Below the pieces are notes generated by a model. The model worked only from the letters and a program-made list of their open reading frames with translations. It made no database searches and had not been told where the DNA came from. A program made the position numbers and the translations under genes. A stretch of DNA of 64,000 nucleotides, taken from the IMG/VR virus record IMGVR_UViG_3300046047_000272; one strand, written 5' to 3'. How positions within the stretch are numbered: the stretch's first letter is position 1; every line of letters starts with the position of its first letter. The stretch comes from a virus (lineage: Duplodnaviria; Heunggongvirae; Uroviricota; Caudoviricetes). Below are positions 52,555-63,027 of the stretch, one piece after another.

Positions 52555-52661
52555 GAATAGGCCTTTCCGTCAACACGATAATGCATAAACGATTATATCA
52601 TCATCTTACCACTTTAGGAATTGACAAGGAACATATGACCACATATGACATGCCGGCATGA

Positions 52662-53021
52662 TCATCGATTGACGATGAACTGTCCTATGGATTGTATGCC
52701 GATCTGTATATCGTTCATGAGCTGCTGGAAGGTGAACGTGGACAGGTAGCCGCCAAGTCCGTCCAACATTGATTGCATCGCGTCGTTGAAGGCTATGGCC
52801 AAAGGCTTGATGACCGTGATAGCTGCAGGGGCAATGATCATAAGCAATACGGTCGTGGTCATCACAGCCATTATTGTGATGATGGTTTCGTTCATCGCAT
52901 CGGTGTCAAGAACACGACCAGTAGGATAGGCCGTCATATGTCCATCAGCTGACCTGACCATTATCGTACCGACTGGCTTGACGTACTTCGTGCTCAATAG
53001 TATAGTAATGATCATGTTCAT
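52662..53021 (-). CDS. membrane protein
   Basis: Hydrophobic segment; AAGGAG RBS; GGCGTGTC promoter at 53070. Confidence 0.6.
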   Translation of the reverse strand: MNMIITILLSTKYVKPVGTIMVRSADGHMTAYPTGRVLDTDAMNETIITIMAVMTTTVLLMIIAPAAITVIKPLAIAFNDAMQSMLDGLGGYLSTFTFQQLMNDIQIGIQSIGQFIVNR

Positions 53022-53135
53022 GGGATTGCTCCTTCGTTGTTACCTTGATAATAACATGGTTCAGGTAACGACACGCCGGATATATGGCCGACGATCAAGA
53101 GGAAACCTGACAGCTCATAGAACACTTATAAAGGT

Positions 53136-53438
53136 TTACAAATCATGTAAAAGCTGTTCTTCAGCTTTCGTAAGAGTAACCGCATCATGAGCGATTGCGT
53201 TAAGCCTTTCGTCGCGATTCTTTATGTTCGTGTCATATTCTTCAGTCGCTCGATTACGTTTCTCTAAATAATCATTCACATCTTTTGTTGTCGTATAACG
53301 CTTTGTACCAATTAGAGTGTACTTCAATAATCCACGATCCATGAGTTGACATACCAACTGACGGCTCACACCAATGATCCTGTCGGCGGCAGTGGTTGAT
53401 AATCCCTTATTCGTCTCCATAAGAGTATCATATCTCAT
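53136..53438 (-). CDS. excisionase-like HTH DNA-binding protein
   Basis: LSTTAADRIIGVSRQLVCQLMDRGLL....IGTKRY...DV..Y. Confidence 0.65.
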   Translation of the reverse strand: MRYDTLMETNKGLSTTAADRIIGVSRQLVCQLMDRGLLKYTLIGTKRYTTTKDVNDYLEKRNRATEEYDTNIKNRDERLNAIAHDAVTLTKAEEQLLHDL

Positions 53439-53503
53439 TGGAGATTTGACTTACCCATGATTACTCCACTTTAGTTTTCGGATCAGCGCGGAGAGTTGTC
53501 GTC

Positions 53504-53815
53504 TCATCCCCATATCCTCGAAATCCTCAGGTACAGGCTCTCAAGACCATTCACCACGTCAGCAGGGTCAGTGCTGTCATCGTTCCACATATTAACGACA
53601 CCATGCTGATCATCGTAAATGGTGACGTGGGTCTGCTCAGCGTCGAATTCCACTTCAGCAGTCTCATGACGCCCAGCAAACGTCGTACAATCGTAGATTC
53701 TATGCTCATTGACCTCAACGTCATTCCGATTCCTAGACGCCTCAACGATAGTCGCCGTTCCCGTTACCATGATGCCACTCCTTCTGATCGCTGATGATGA
53801 TACTATTATAACCAC
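53504..53815 (-). CDS. hypothetical protein
   Basis: AGGAG RBS before MVTGT. Confidence 0.55.
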   Translation of the reverse strand: MVIIVSSSAIRRSGIMVTGTATIVEASRNRNDVEVNEHRIYDCTTFAGRHETAEVEFDAEQTHVTIYDDQHGVVNMWNDDSTDPADVVNGLESLYLRISRIWG

Positions 53816-53888
53816 ATCTCATGCTCTAGCAAAGTCTGGGCGGGTCGTGGTACCATAGGACTACGTCATGAAGAGGGGATGAGGCCAT

Positions 53889-54104
53889 ATGCAAGATTAC
53901 AGGATCACGTATATTCATGAGATCGACTTCACCTTCATAGCCTACGAGACTGATCAGGTTACCATCGTCCGCATGATTTGCACCGAGCTGGATCGTTTGA
54001 GGTTCTTACAGCAAGCGGCCGATGGCTTACTACCAATCGCGGGTGATCAAGTCTTAGTGAAGGATGATGAAGGATTTGAAGCTACTAGATGGCGTCGATG
54101 TTAG
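53889..54104 (+). CDS. small hypothetical protein
   Basis: GAGG RBS. Confidence 0.45.
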   Translation: MQDYRITYIHEIDFTFIAYETDQVTIVRMICTELDRLRFLQQAADGLLPIAGDQVLVKDDEGFEATRWRRC

Positions 54105-54145
54105 ATTCATCAAGCACTACCCATCATCCTCATAGGAGCAGCATC

Positions 54146-55318
54146 ATGGCTAGGACGCATCGTTACGGACAGGAAGCTGACGGATCATATAGTATCTGCA
54201 GAGCAAAGCCAGGCAATGAGGGAAAGCCACCCTGTACACACGTCATGGGTACACACGAGACCATGACCGAGTCTGAGTATCAGGACCGCATGGAGGCCAT
54301 CGCGGCCAAGACGGCTAGCAATAATCAGCCATCACTATACAAACATCCTCAAGGCGTCGCTATCTCGTCTACAGCAATCCTTGACCGTGGCCATAAGCTA
54401 GCCGAACGATTAGGACTCACAGGGTTAACAGGTGATGATAGGATAGTCAGAGAATACTTTACGAGCCAACACGATCAGAGGCGCTGCGATTATCATCATA
54501 TCAGTGGACCATTAGCTAAACGATTGACCCATGATGTTGCACCATGCTTCCCTGATGCAGCAGCCGTGTATCAGTCCGACAGGCCACTGGTCACGACGAT
54601 CATGCCGAAACCCGATAATGGTGTCAGGGGCTATTATCGTCAATACGTGGACAGACCACAGTACGAGCCAGTGACCTCATCGTCCCTCATATACGATGAC
54701 CTCGAACCAGGTGAAGCCATGCTTGACACCAATGGCGAACCAAGCATCGATCAGACGGGTAAACTGACCATTGATGGTCATCGAGTAAAGTTCAACCAAG
54801 CGATGCTGAAACAGGATGACGGCACGGTGATCACCGTATATGTACAGGGTCACCCGCGAGCGGACGATGATACAAGATACGTTACCAGTAAAGCCAAGCT
54901 GACCATCGTGAATGATTACGGTGATGACATTGAGTACCATGGCCCCGTGTACCAGGCTCTGAGTAAGACGACCATTGAGGCACAAGCGTCTGAGATAGCC
55001 GTTGTGAACACTGGTAACACCGCATTCAACCTGGATCGACTGACCCACGAGTACACGCATAGTCTTGTAGAGGGGAATACGACGCTCACGGATAGAGCCG
55101 TCAGCATGTTCAATGATCTCAAGGAGCATGACGGGTTCCCAAGGCTCGTTGAGGACCATCCTGAGTACATGGAGGAGAGTCCTGACGAGTTCATCGCTGA
55201 GGCATCATCAATGTTATTCCATCCATATGGTGAGCGAACCCTCCATAAACAGGATGAACGATCATTGAAGCTTCGTGATTGGACGTTAGGATACTGGGAC
55301 GCTGTTCAGCATGGCTAA
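54146..55318 (+). CDS. Cys/His-leader protein with C-terminal zincin-like metallopeptidase
   Basis: YGQEADGSYSICRAKPGNEGKPPCTH; THEYTH (HExxH)...EFIAEA. Confidence 0.75.
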   Translation: MARTHRYGQEADGSYSICRAKPGNEGKPPCTHVMGTHETMTESEYQDRMEAIAAKTASNNQPSLYKHPQGVAISSTAILDRGHKLAERLGLTGLTGDDRIVREYFTSQHDQRRCDYHHISGPLAKRLTHDVAPCFPDAAAVYQSDRPLVTTIMPKPDNGVRGYYRQYVDRPQYEPVTSSSLIYDDLEPGEAMLDTNGEPSIDQTGKLTIDGHRVKFNQAMLKQDDGTVITVYVQGHPRADDDTRYVTSKAKLTIVNDYGDDIEYHGPVYQALSKTTIEAQASEIAVVNTGNTAFNLDRLTHEYTHSLVEGNTTLTDRAVSMFNDLKEHDGFPRLVEDHPEYMEESPDEFIAEASSMLFHPYGERTLHKQDERSLKLRDWTLGYWDAVQHG

Positions 55319-55355
55319 TCTATTGATTAGATCCATGACATGAAGCGGCATCGTA

Positions 55356-55781
55356 TTATCTAATAGTCAGGATGGCCATGAAATTGGCTATAAAGATCAT
55401 AGCTGATATGATTATGCTGATCACGGTCTTCATGGTGGTCTTCGAGGAGTGTCTCAGGCTGAATTGAATGACCATATCAGCTATGAGCATGACGGATATA
55501 AAGACCATGATGCTCATTAGATACGATGGGGTCTTCATGGCCATCATCATAACGAGGATGACGATATTGACGACATTATGGATCATTGCTGGCAGCCAGT
55601 TCAGGGTCTTCGATGAGAACGCGTATCCAGGTAATGACACGCCATTGAGAACTGGCGGTACAAGTATCCTCGTACTCAGAACGCCATGCTCTGGATTCTT
55701 ATACAGGACTGATAACGATGCGATAATACTCAATATCTCGGTAATGAATATGATGGTGAAAACCATGGTTGACATCTGCAT
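55356..55781 (-). CDS. multi-pass membrane protein
   Basis: About four hydrophobic helices. Confidence 0.65.
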   Translation of the reverse strand: MQMSTMVFTIIFITEILSIIASLSVLYKNPEHGVLSTRILVPPVLNGVSLPGYAFSSKTLNWLPAMIHNVVNIVILVMMMAMKTPSYLMSIMVFISVMLIADMVIQFSLRHSSKTTMKTVISIIISAMIFIANFMAILTIR

Positions 55782-55859
55782 GATATATCCTCTCTACGAT
55801 ATGAATCATCATTGATGAGTGATTCTACATGCATCACTATATCATGTTCATGATCAATC

Positions 55860-56408
55860 CTATGCTACGGCGTGTCTAGTAGCCGCTAGCATGACGAGGA
55901 AGCTATAAGGATGACCCATACTAGCTTCACGTGATGCTACGACGAGCACGGGCATGGCCTCATGGATGGGTACCTGTTGCTCTACTGATAACACCGTCAT
56001 GGCTAGTATCGCTCCTAACCGTTTATTTCCATCAATCAGTACATGCATTTGATTCGCTGATCGTAGGAGCATAATGGCTAGTAATGACGATGGGATAGCC
56101 TCTCGCTGATCAGTCTGCATCGTCATCATAGCTGACATCACAGCAGACGAGAAGATGCGGTCAATGACATCATGCGTTGACGAGCCGTCCCTGGCTGCGA
56201 TGGTCATATTCACTACGGACAGACTGTCCATCACATCGTCTACCGTGGCTGGTCTTATCTGACGGTGATCAATGCTGGCAACGAGTGATGTATACAGGTC
56301 GTCTAATCGTTGATTAGCTTGCAATCCGGGATCATCATCGTCATCTGATGCTGATAGAAGTCCAGTCCAATCACGCATAGCGCTAACATCACGTTCGTCC
56401 ATCATCAC
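55860..56408 (-). CDS. Fic/Doc-family protein
   Basis: HVLIDGNKRLG (Fic motif variant). Confidence 0.7.
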   Translation of the reverse strand: MMMDERDVSAMRDWTGLLSASDDDDDPGLQANQRLDDLYTSLVASIDHRQIRPATVDDVMDSLSVVNMTIAARDGSSTHDVIDRIFSSAVMSAMMTMQTDQREAIPSSLLAIMLLRSANQMHVLIDGNKRLGAILAMTVLSVEQQVPIHEAMPVLVVASREASMGHPYSFLVMLAATRHAVA

Positions 56409-56449
56409 CCTCCTACTCTGTGTCCAATACTATCGTATCATTGATTGTA

Positions 56450-56920
56450 TCATGCGATAGCCGTCCTCACTGCGGCCGTGAAGGCATCTAGGAATGCTCG
56501 TGCCGTGGATTGGTTCTCAGGACCCCAGATGAGCGTGAAGTCATCAGCGTTATTTAGTAGGCGGTCATCAATGAGCTGGTTAATGATGGCCATAGCCTGG
56601 TCTCCAGTGATGATAGCTGCGGTGTCAGCGTTCGCATATTGCGATAAGTAATCGTTAATAGATGAGCCAGTCATCATGCCGTTCACATCGATCAGTGATA
56701 ATCCATCAATCGTAGTAACGTAAGCATGGATGAGCGTTGGCCGTGGGGTCGTCGTGTCCATCATGATGGTTACTGGGAGCCCGGTTACTCGATGCGTCTC
56801 AGAAGCGATGACGTTACACATGAGATTCATGCACGCTTCACGGAGATATGGCAGCTTGGTTGCATATGCGTCCGTTATCATAGCGATTGGGTCACTGGTC
56901 TCCGTCATGATGTTGTACAT
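56450..56920 (-). CDS. hypothetical protein
   Basis: C...LIHAYV...IDVNG motif; own promoter. Confidence 0.55.
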   Translation of the reverse strand: MYNIMTETSDPIAMITDAYATKLPYLREACMNLMCNVIASETHRVTGLPVTIMMDTTTPRPTLIHAYVTTIDGLSLIDVNGMMTGSSINDYLSQYANADTAAIITGDQAMAIINQLIDDRLLNNADDFTLIWGPENQSTARAFLDAFTAAVRTAIA

Positions 56921-57313
56921 GTGTCTAAGTATACATCTGAGGACGATTAGACACGCTAAGCGTAGTCATGAGCTGGATGATGATATAGGTAGTACTGGTC
57001 ATATGAAATTGGGCGATGAGTAAAGAGCAATATTCGATAGGAAGAAGGTGATGATGGTGACTAGGACAACGGTGAACAATCATCGTGGTCAGTGTATTGA
57101 CGATGACCATGGACATGAATATGGGTCTAATGGCGTGGTTACGGCTGAGCTGAATGGCATGAGACGAGCATATCATAGTGGATATGATATTCAGGATGAT
57201 GATCAACCATCATATAAGCGGAATCACGCTTATCGTGACATTATTTAGCATTGACTGATCATATCGTTCAAAGGCCGAGGCAGTATGTTGCCTCGGCCTT
57301 TCTGATCACCGCA

Positions 57314-57826
57314 TTATGCCTTCGCGGATAATTCATCCTTGAATATCGTCATGAGATGCTGATACCGCTTGACAACATCAAGCATAGCTGACATGCCAAC
57401 CGTCGCATCAATGCCCTGCAACCCATCATAATCGCCGGTCTCAGAGGCCGTCACAGCAGATAATAGCTTCACTCTAGCGTCATCAGAGAGCATAGACACG
57501 TAATCTCGAATATTGGCATGATCCTGCTCATCGTCATCTGGAGCATCGACTGGTGGCCATGATGTCTCTGATTGAGCAACAACCTGGACGTGACGCTTGA
57601 CTTCAGGATAATCGCCAGCGGAGTATTCTGACTCCTGATACTCAGTGAGCCCCTGTTCCCATGGTATAGCATAATAATGACCATCAAGATCTACAATCGT
57701 GGTGACTGTTCTTGACCACCGACGATCATCACCCTCGAATCGATCAACCTCGTATTCGTTCACGGCTAATTCTGCTTCTTTCTCCGTGAAATGCCTCGTT
57801 GCGGGCTGTGTCTTCCCTGTACTCAT
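57314..57826 (-). CDS. phage-type hypothetical protein
   Basis: RRWSR....IV..DG.YYAI.WEQGLTEYQE. Confidence 0.7.
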   Translation of the reverse strand: MSTGKTQPATRHFTEKEAELAVNEYEVDRFEGDDRRWSRTVTTIVDLDGHYYAIPWEQGLTEYQESEYSAGDYPEVKRHVQVVAQSETSWPPVDAPDDDEQDHANIRDYVSMLSDDARVKLLSAVTASETGDYDGLQGIDATVGMSAMLDVVKRYQHLMTIFKDELSAKA

Positions 57827-57832
57827 TCGTGA

Positions 57833-59536
57833 TCACTCCTTTTCCGTTGTTGCTTCAGATGCATCAAAACTCGCCAGTACAGTCCTAGCCTGTTCCAGCA
57901 TATCGTCATATGAGCGACCATACACCATTGGCCAGACATCTGAGTCATAATTCAGCGTCCACTTCTTCGAACCATAGACGGGATAATGTGATATGGGCGT
58001 CCTACGTCGACGCCGATCTGATGGATACCTCGGTGACGTTGCACCATCATATGGGTGGACAAGCTCAGAAATACGATAACCGTCATGGATCATCACCGAT
58101 CCAATGGCATTCGGCTCAGGATTCGGACTATGATCGTTATAACCAAGAACCTCCTTGATCAGCAAGCCAAGTGACCTGCTGATTGGCTTGTTGGCCATGA
58201 TGTCAGCAACCGTACGAGTCGTCTTCTCAATGATTCGATAATCAACACGATCCGTGATCTCACGAGTCTCATCGACGCTGTACTTACTCTTCATGAAATC
58301 AGAAAGATCAGCATATTGCGTTGCACTGATGCTTGAAGGAAGGAGATGGTCATGGCTCTCAAGTTTATACGTCGATTGTTGCTTAGCTGTAAGATTCAAC
58401 CTATACGCAACGGCCTGTTCAAGAACTTGGTCTGTAACGTCATCGAAAATAAATCTAACTGGTAATGACGTCCAAGTATACTTGTTGTCCTGCGGTCCTT
58501 CAGCAAGCACACGACCATGATTATCAATCAGAGACATGCCAGCAACCTTAAACGCCTGATCCCAATCACTATTTGATGTTCCGACAATGACAACCGTGAT
58601 TTGATGATACTCACGATCCAATGAGATCACAGCCATATGGTCATCTGATGAATCGCCATGATCATGCACAGCATCAGAGGGGTCGGCTACTCTACTGAGC
58701 GTATCATCAGTAGCAGGATCAGCTGGTGCAGTATCGGTCGCCACGGCATCCTGATGCTGATCGTACAGATCATGATATGCTTCATCAAGACGTGCATTGA
58801 TGGTCGCTTCAATGGCCTCGTAGGACTCCTGCATCATGGTATGAGCTTTGATGACCTCGTTTCTAGGAGCATGATCACGGCCAGTCACAAGGTCAGCTAG
58901 ACGCGTATCTGCTGGCTTGTTCAATCCAATGACGTACTTATCCAGAATGCCGTCAGTCTCGCCCCAGGCCACGGTTAGCGCGTGATCCTTAGCATGGAGG
59001 GCCATGTACCTGTAGACAGCCTTCTCAGGAGCCACGACGATTCTATGGCGTGGATGACGTAAGCGCTCCTCTGTAGCCGTTCGGATGCTGCCATCGTCGT
59101 ACATGACGATTCTCGTACCCTGATCACCATCATCAATCAGTCGGCCAGCAGCTCGAAGAGGGACCTCGTTCCTCTGAGCGTAATCCGCCAGAAGCGTCTT
59201 AGGCATGATCGATACGTTCTTATCAATGAAGACGCCTTCACGCTTTAAGAAGGCCTGTCGATTAAAAGAATCGTATTGATATACTCCCGGTATCCACACG
59301 ACGCCATCTGAATAACCATCATAGTAGACCATCGTTTGCTGTTGACTCATGCTTATATTCCAATCGTAGATCACTGTATGACGAATACCTATATAACCAT
59401 TATATGTCTCAAATCCTGCGCTGTCAACAGTAACCATGAGCTGATATCGTGTATACATGGACTCCAGAGTCCCCGTGACTAGGGTCCTAGGATCGTCGAT
59501 GACCAACGATCTGCTTGATGATGCTGACATCATCAT
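57833..59536 (-). CDS. hypothetical protein
   Basis: 567-aa ORF. Confidence 0.7.
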   Translation of the reverse strand: MMMSASSSRSLVIDDPRTLVTGTLESMYTRYQLMVTVDSAGFETYNGYIGIRHTVIYDWNISMSQQQTMVYYDGYSDGVVWIPGVYQYDSFNRQAFLKREGVFIDKNVSIMPKTLLADYAQRNEVPLRAAGRLIDDGDQGTRIVMYDDGSIRTATEERLRHPRHRIVVAPEKAVYRYMALHAKDHALTVAWGETDGILDKYVIGLNKPADTRLADLVTGRDHAPRNEVIKAHTMMQESYEAIEATINARLDEAYHDLYDQHQDAVATDTAPADPATDDTLSRVADPSDAVHDHGDSSDDHMAVISLDREYHQITVVIVGTSNSDWDQAFKVAGMSLIDNHGRVLAEGPQDNKYTWTSLPVRFIFDDVTDQVLEQAVAYRLNLTAKQQSTYKLESHDHLLPSSISATQYADLSDFMKSKYSVDETREITDRVDYRIIEKTTRTVADIMANKPISRSLGLLIKEVLGYNDHSPNPEPNAIGSVMIHDGYRISELVHPYDGATSPRYPSDRRRRRTPISHYPVYGSKKWTLNYDSDVWPMVYGRSYDDMLEQARTVLASFDASEATTEKE

Positions 59537-59580
59537 GACATCAATAGGCTTCGGCCATAAGTAAAAAGAAGGACACCATT

Positions 59581-60303
59581 ATGCAGACCACGCATCAACA
59601 CACGATTCATTGGAAGACCGTTAACCGTCATCACGCAACTATAGGATTAGATAGACATCATGATAGCGCGTTCCTGGATGTCAGGAATTCGCACGCCATC
59701 ATCACAGGTGATCATATTCCAGACATCCTGGACACAATGCATCATCTCGTCAGCCAAATGTCTTCCTTAGGGAATATCATGACCGACGACATCATCAGCC
59801 TCTCAGATGTGATCGCCCAAGCAAAGAAGAGGATCATGGACGTCTACGAGTGGGCTACCGAGCACAGGAATCCAGCAACCAATGCTGTGTATACGGTCTT
59901 GCCATCATCAATTCGCATGAACTTCGTTATCATCAATATCTGCAATCATGTACAACCACTCAGTGAAGAGGACATGACTGATCTCTCGACTATTGCACGA
60001 TTAGGTAGATACGCGCGTGTCTTCCTCGTCATTGTGGCTCATACATCACAATTATCGAGTCTGGATAATGAGATCATCATGAATACGGCGAATCGAATCA
60101 TCGTAGGTCCGACGAACCTGCCTAGCGTATACGCTTTACTGCAAGGCACATCAAGCATGGACACACCACGGCAAGCAGGCATCCTCAGCGTGTATCGGAA
60201 GGAGAAGGGCTTCATCATACCAAGAGATGATCTCCCATGGTATGATCGGTCATGGAAGAGTAAAGGCCTGTTAGCAGAACCAGCCTCTCGACAAGATGAC
60301 TAG
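59581..60303 (+). CDS. degenerate FtsK-like protein lacking Walker A
   Basis: IGLD...HAIITG; LSTIARLGRYARVFLVIVAH; N..NRIIVG. Confidence 0.5.
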   Translation: MQTTHQHTIHWKTVNRHHATIGLDRHHDSAFLDVRNSHAIITGDHIPDILDTMHHLVSQMSSLGNIMTDDIISLSDVIAQAKKRIMDVYEWATEHRNPATNAVYTVLPSSIRMNFVIINICNHVQPLSEEDMTDLSTIARLGRYARVFLVIVAHTSQLSSLDNEIIMNTANRIIVGPTNLPSVYALLQGTSSMDTPRQAGILSVYRKEKGFIIPRDDLPWYDRSWKSKGLLAEPASRQDD

Positions 60304-60803
60304 CTGTTCAGATTCCGATTCACACTATATCGATATGGTAGCTGGTATCGCTGATTCAGCGTGGTCAGTCGAGCGCACAGATTCGGTGCATCGCCCTCAT
60401 TGATCGTCATATAAGGCATCTGATATCTGCCTACGACCTCATGACCCTCATACAGGGTGACACTGACCACATCACGGTATCCCAGTCTGGCAATGAACCT
60501 ATCGAAAGGCGTGTCGTAATCATGTTCTTCATCAGCATCGATATGATCACTCACTGTTGGTACACGACCATCAACCGCAGGATGGAGGGTGGCTCCCTGC
60601 CAGTCAAGGACGGTCGCATGATCATCCATATACAACTCGAATGACGAGCATGTCTGATTATTGGTCATGAAACCGTCTGACACGGTGATGTTCCGATAAA
60701 TACCCCTTATCTGAACTCGAGCATGATCATCGATGAGCACGCTGATGACCTCACCGTTCTCCGTGTGCAATTGGATACGATATGATGTGGTGTCATCAGG
60801 CAT
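60300..60803 (-). CDS. hypothetical protein
   Basis: GGAGG RBS. Confidence 0.6.
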   Translation of the reverse strand: MPDDTTSYRIQLHTENGEVISVLIDDHARVQIRGIYRNITVSDGFMTNNQTCSSFELYMDDHATVLDWQGATLHPAVDGRVPTVSDHIDADEEHDYDTPFDRFIARLGYRDVVSVTLYEGHEVVGRYQMPYMTINEGDAPNLCARLTTLNQRYQLPYRYSVNRNLNS

Positions 60804-61024
60804 GATAGGAATCCCTCCAATGGGTTAATCATTGACGCTGCGCAAGGATGATTACAGGCGTATGTCAGCATTATACCATCCCGGCCAGCGTCAGTATTTG
60901 TTCATATATACGATTACTCTACGGTCAACGACAGGCTACCGACTGTCGTCTGAGCGGCGGTAGGCCACATGGCGTCTATGCAAGGACGATTCAGCTCTCT
61001 TGATCTGCGACCATGACGCTAAGA

Positions 61025-61366
61025 CTAATGCCGCCAGTGCAGAGCATCCATGAGATCAATGTCTTCTCCTGGGGTAGCACCATCGACGAGTATCCAATCA
61101 TAATGATAATGATCATCAATGGTGAGGTAGAGCACGTCGCCATTCGTGAAGACGAAGGTCAATCCTTCCGGGATGATCGTTGGCTCGCGCTCATTGACCA
61201 TCTTATCCTCGGCCTCATTCAAGAGCCTATCCAGCGTCGTGGTGTAATGCATCCAACCGACCCTGACGACATCTTGCTCTTGATGGCCATTCTTAGTGAT
61301 GACTACTCGTAGGTACTCGTCTAATGGAATGACTCGACCATAGATCTTATCAGCAGTTTTCATCAC
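61025..61366 (-). CDS. hypothetical protein, tandem paralog 1
   Basis: PLDEYLR...VGW.HYTTTLDRL...IPEGLTFVFTNGDVL. Confidence 0.75.
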   Translation of the reverse strand: MMKTADKIYGRVIPLDEYLRVVITKNGHQEQDVVRVGWMHYTTTLDRLLNEAEDKMVNEREPTIIPEGLTFVFTNGDVLYLTIDDHYHYDWILVDGATPGEDIDLMDALHWRH

Positions 61367-61479
61367 AGGCCTCTCTCAATTGCACTACACGTTTTTTGTT
61401 GATATAAGCATCATATCATACACATGAATGAGACACGCCGAATCACCATGATCATCATTGATCAGGGTAATGGTTATCC

Positions 61480-61833
61480 TCATGACGCCCAGTTCAGAAC
61501 GTCCATGAGATCAATGTCCTTTCCTGTGCCCGCCCCCTTGACGACCATCCATTCAGGATGCTCGTTATCATACTGATCAGTAGTATGCGTTAGGAACAAT
61601 ACGTCCCCATTTGTGAAGACGAAGGTCAATCCTTCTGGTATGAGCATTGGTTCGTGCTCATTGACCATCTTATCCTTAGCCTCCTTCATGAGCCTATCCA
61701 GAGTCGTGGTGTAATGATTCCAACCGACTCTAATGACATCCTTCTCCTGGTAGTCATTATCGGAGATAATGGACCGCAGATACTCGTCCAATGGTAGCAC
61801 ATGACCGCCTATTTCGTATCCATACTTATCCAT
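61480..61833 (-). CDS. hypothetical protein, tandem paralog 2
   Basis: Same motifs; GAGGAG RBS. Confidence 0.75.
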   Translation of the reverse strand: MDKYGYEIGGHVLPLDEYLRSIISDNDYQEKDVIRVGWNHYTTTLDRLMKEAKDKMVNEHEPMLIPEGLTFVFTNGDVLFLTHTTDQYDNEHPEWMVVKGAGTGKDIDLMDVLNWAS

Positions 61834-62247
61834 GATCATTCTCCTCTTCCTCATAATGGGTTTTATAATGATCATCCTATCATATAGATACATGAGACAC
61901 GCCGGATCACCATGATCATCATTGATCAGGGTAATGGTGAAAGAATGTGTGGAAGGCCGGAGGTGCTGTCCCGGGCACCGCCCTTCTTTACGCAACGATT
62001 ATCAGACATCAGGTATTTCAACCTAGGATTCATCCGCTGCATCCCTCGCTAAGGCCTTGCAATGCCGAGTAGCTTCATGCTGTGTGCATTCACGCGATGA
62101 ATTTCGATGCCCTATCCGTCGCAACCAACAAGAATGACTATACGTGGCCGCGGTCATCATGTCAACACGGCGTGTCGTCATACGCAGATCATGATAGATC
62201 AGACAATAGCCCCATATGATGTGGTGGATGGCCCTCAGCCACCTCTC

Positions 62248-62337
62248 AGACGCACAGAACCGCCGGTCTATCGGATGTAGAGCTAGTACTAGTATAATTA
62301 CTGATCCTCGTGGCTGCGTCCGAGGACGGCGGCATAG
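62248..62337 (-). repeat. 5'-only copy H of ~300-bp repeat
   Basis: cagaaccgccggtctatcggatg...gcgtccgaggacggcggcatag. Confidence 0.9.
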
Positions 62338-62554
62338 AATCATTATTAGAGGAATGGTTACATCTTTCATCATCTCATCAATCGCTTGTCATGAGATCAG
62401 GGACGGTCTATTATTGTGTGGAGGATATGACGATAGTCCTATGAGTGAGGATTAATGACGATGGGTCTAGTGATGATGACTAGCGTATGTCCATGTCCAG
62501 GGGTGATGTGAGCAGGAGCTTGCTGTGTGGTTGCTCCTGCTGGATGGATGGACG

Positions 62555-62864
62555 CTCCTGCAAAGCGTATTCCTAGGATATGCTTCCTCTTGGACACGGT
62601 TTATCGTTGCAGTGCCGCGGTTCCTGAAAATCACTTCTGCACGCTAAAACATGATGTTCTCCACTAGTTCTACGGGGCCAATGGACTCGCTGATCATTGC
62701 CATTCCATGCCTCTCACGTAATCTGTGTTCTCGTCACTGAGGATGACCATATGATCGTGTTGAGAGGCACAGAACCGCCGGTCTATAGGATGCAGAGCCA
62801 GTACTAGTATAAAATTACTGATCCTCGTAGCAGCGTCCTAGGACGGCGGCTTAGCATCACGTCT
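62555..62864 (-). repeat. full copy I of ~300-bp repeat
   Basis: Same conserved blocks. Confidence 0.9.
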
Positions 62865-62937
62865 ATGGGTAGGTTCATATAATGATCCGCTTGGATTGAT
62901 TCATCATACTAGGAATAGGAGCGGGATTGCCTATCAT

Positions 62938-62994
62938 TATCATTGAGGTGCTGCTTAGGGTATCATTGAGGTGCTGCTTAGGGTATCATTGAGG
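62938..62994. repeat. 23-bp direct tandem repeat (2.5 units) within inter-repeat spacer
   Basis: tatcattgaggtgctgcttaggg x2 + tatcattgagg. Confidence 0.9.
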
Positions 62995-63027
62995 GTCAGT
63001 GACGGAGTGGGCCCTCGTGGCTGGGCG

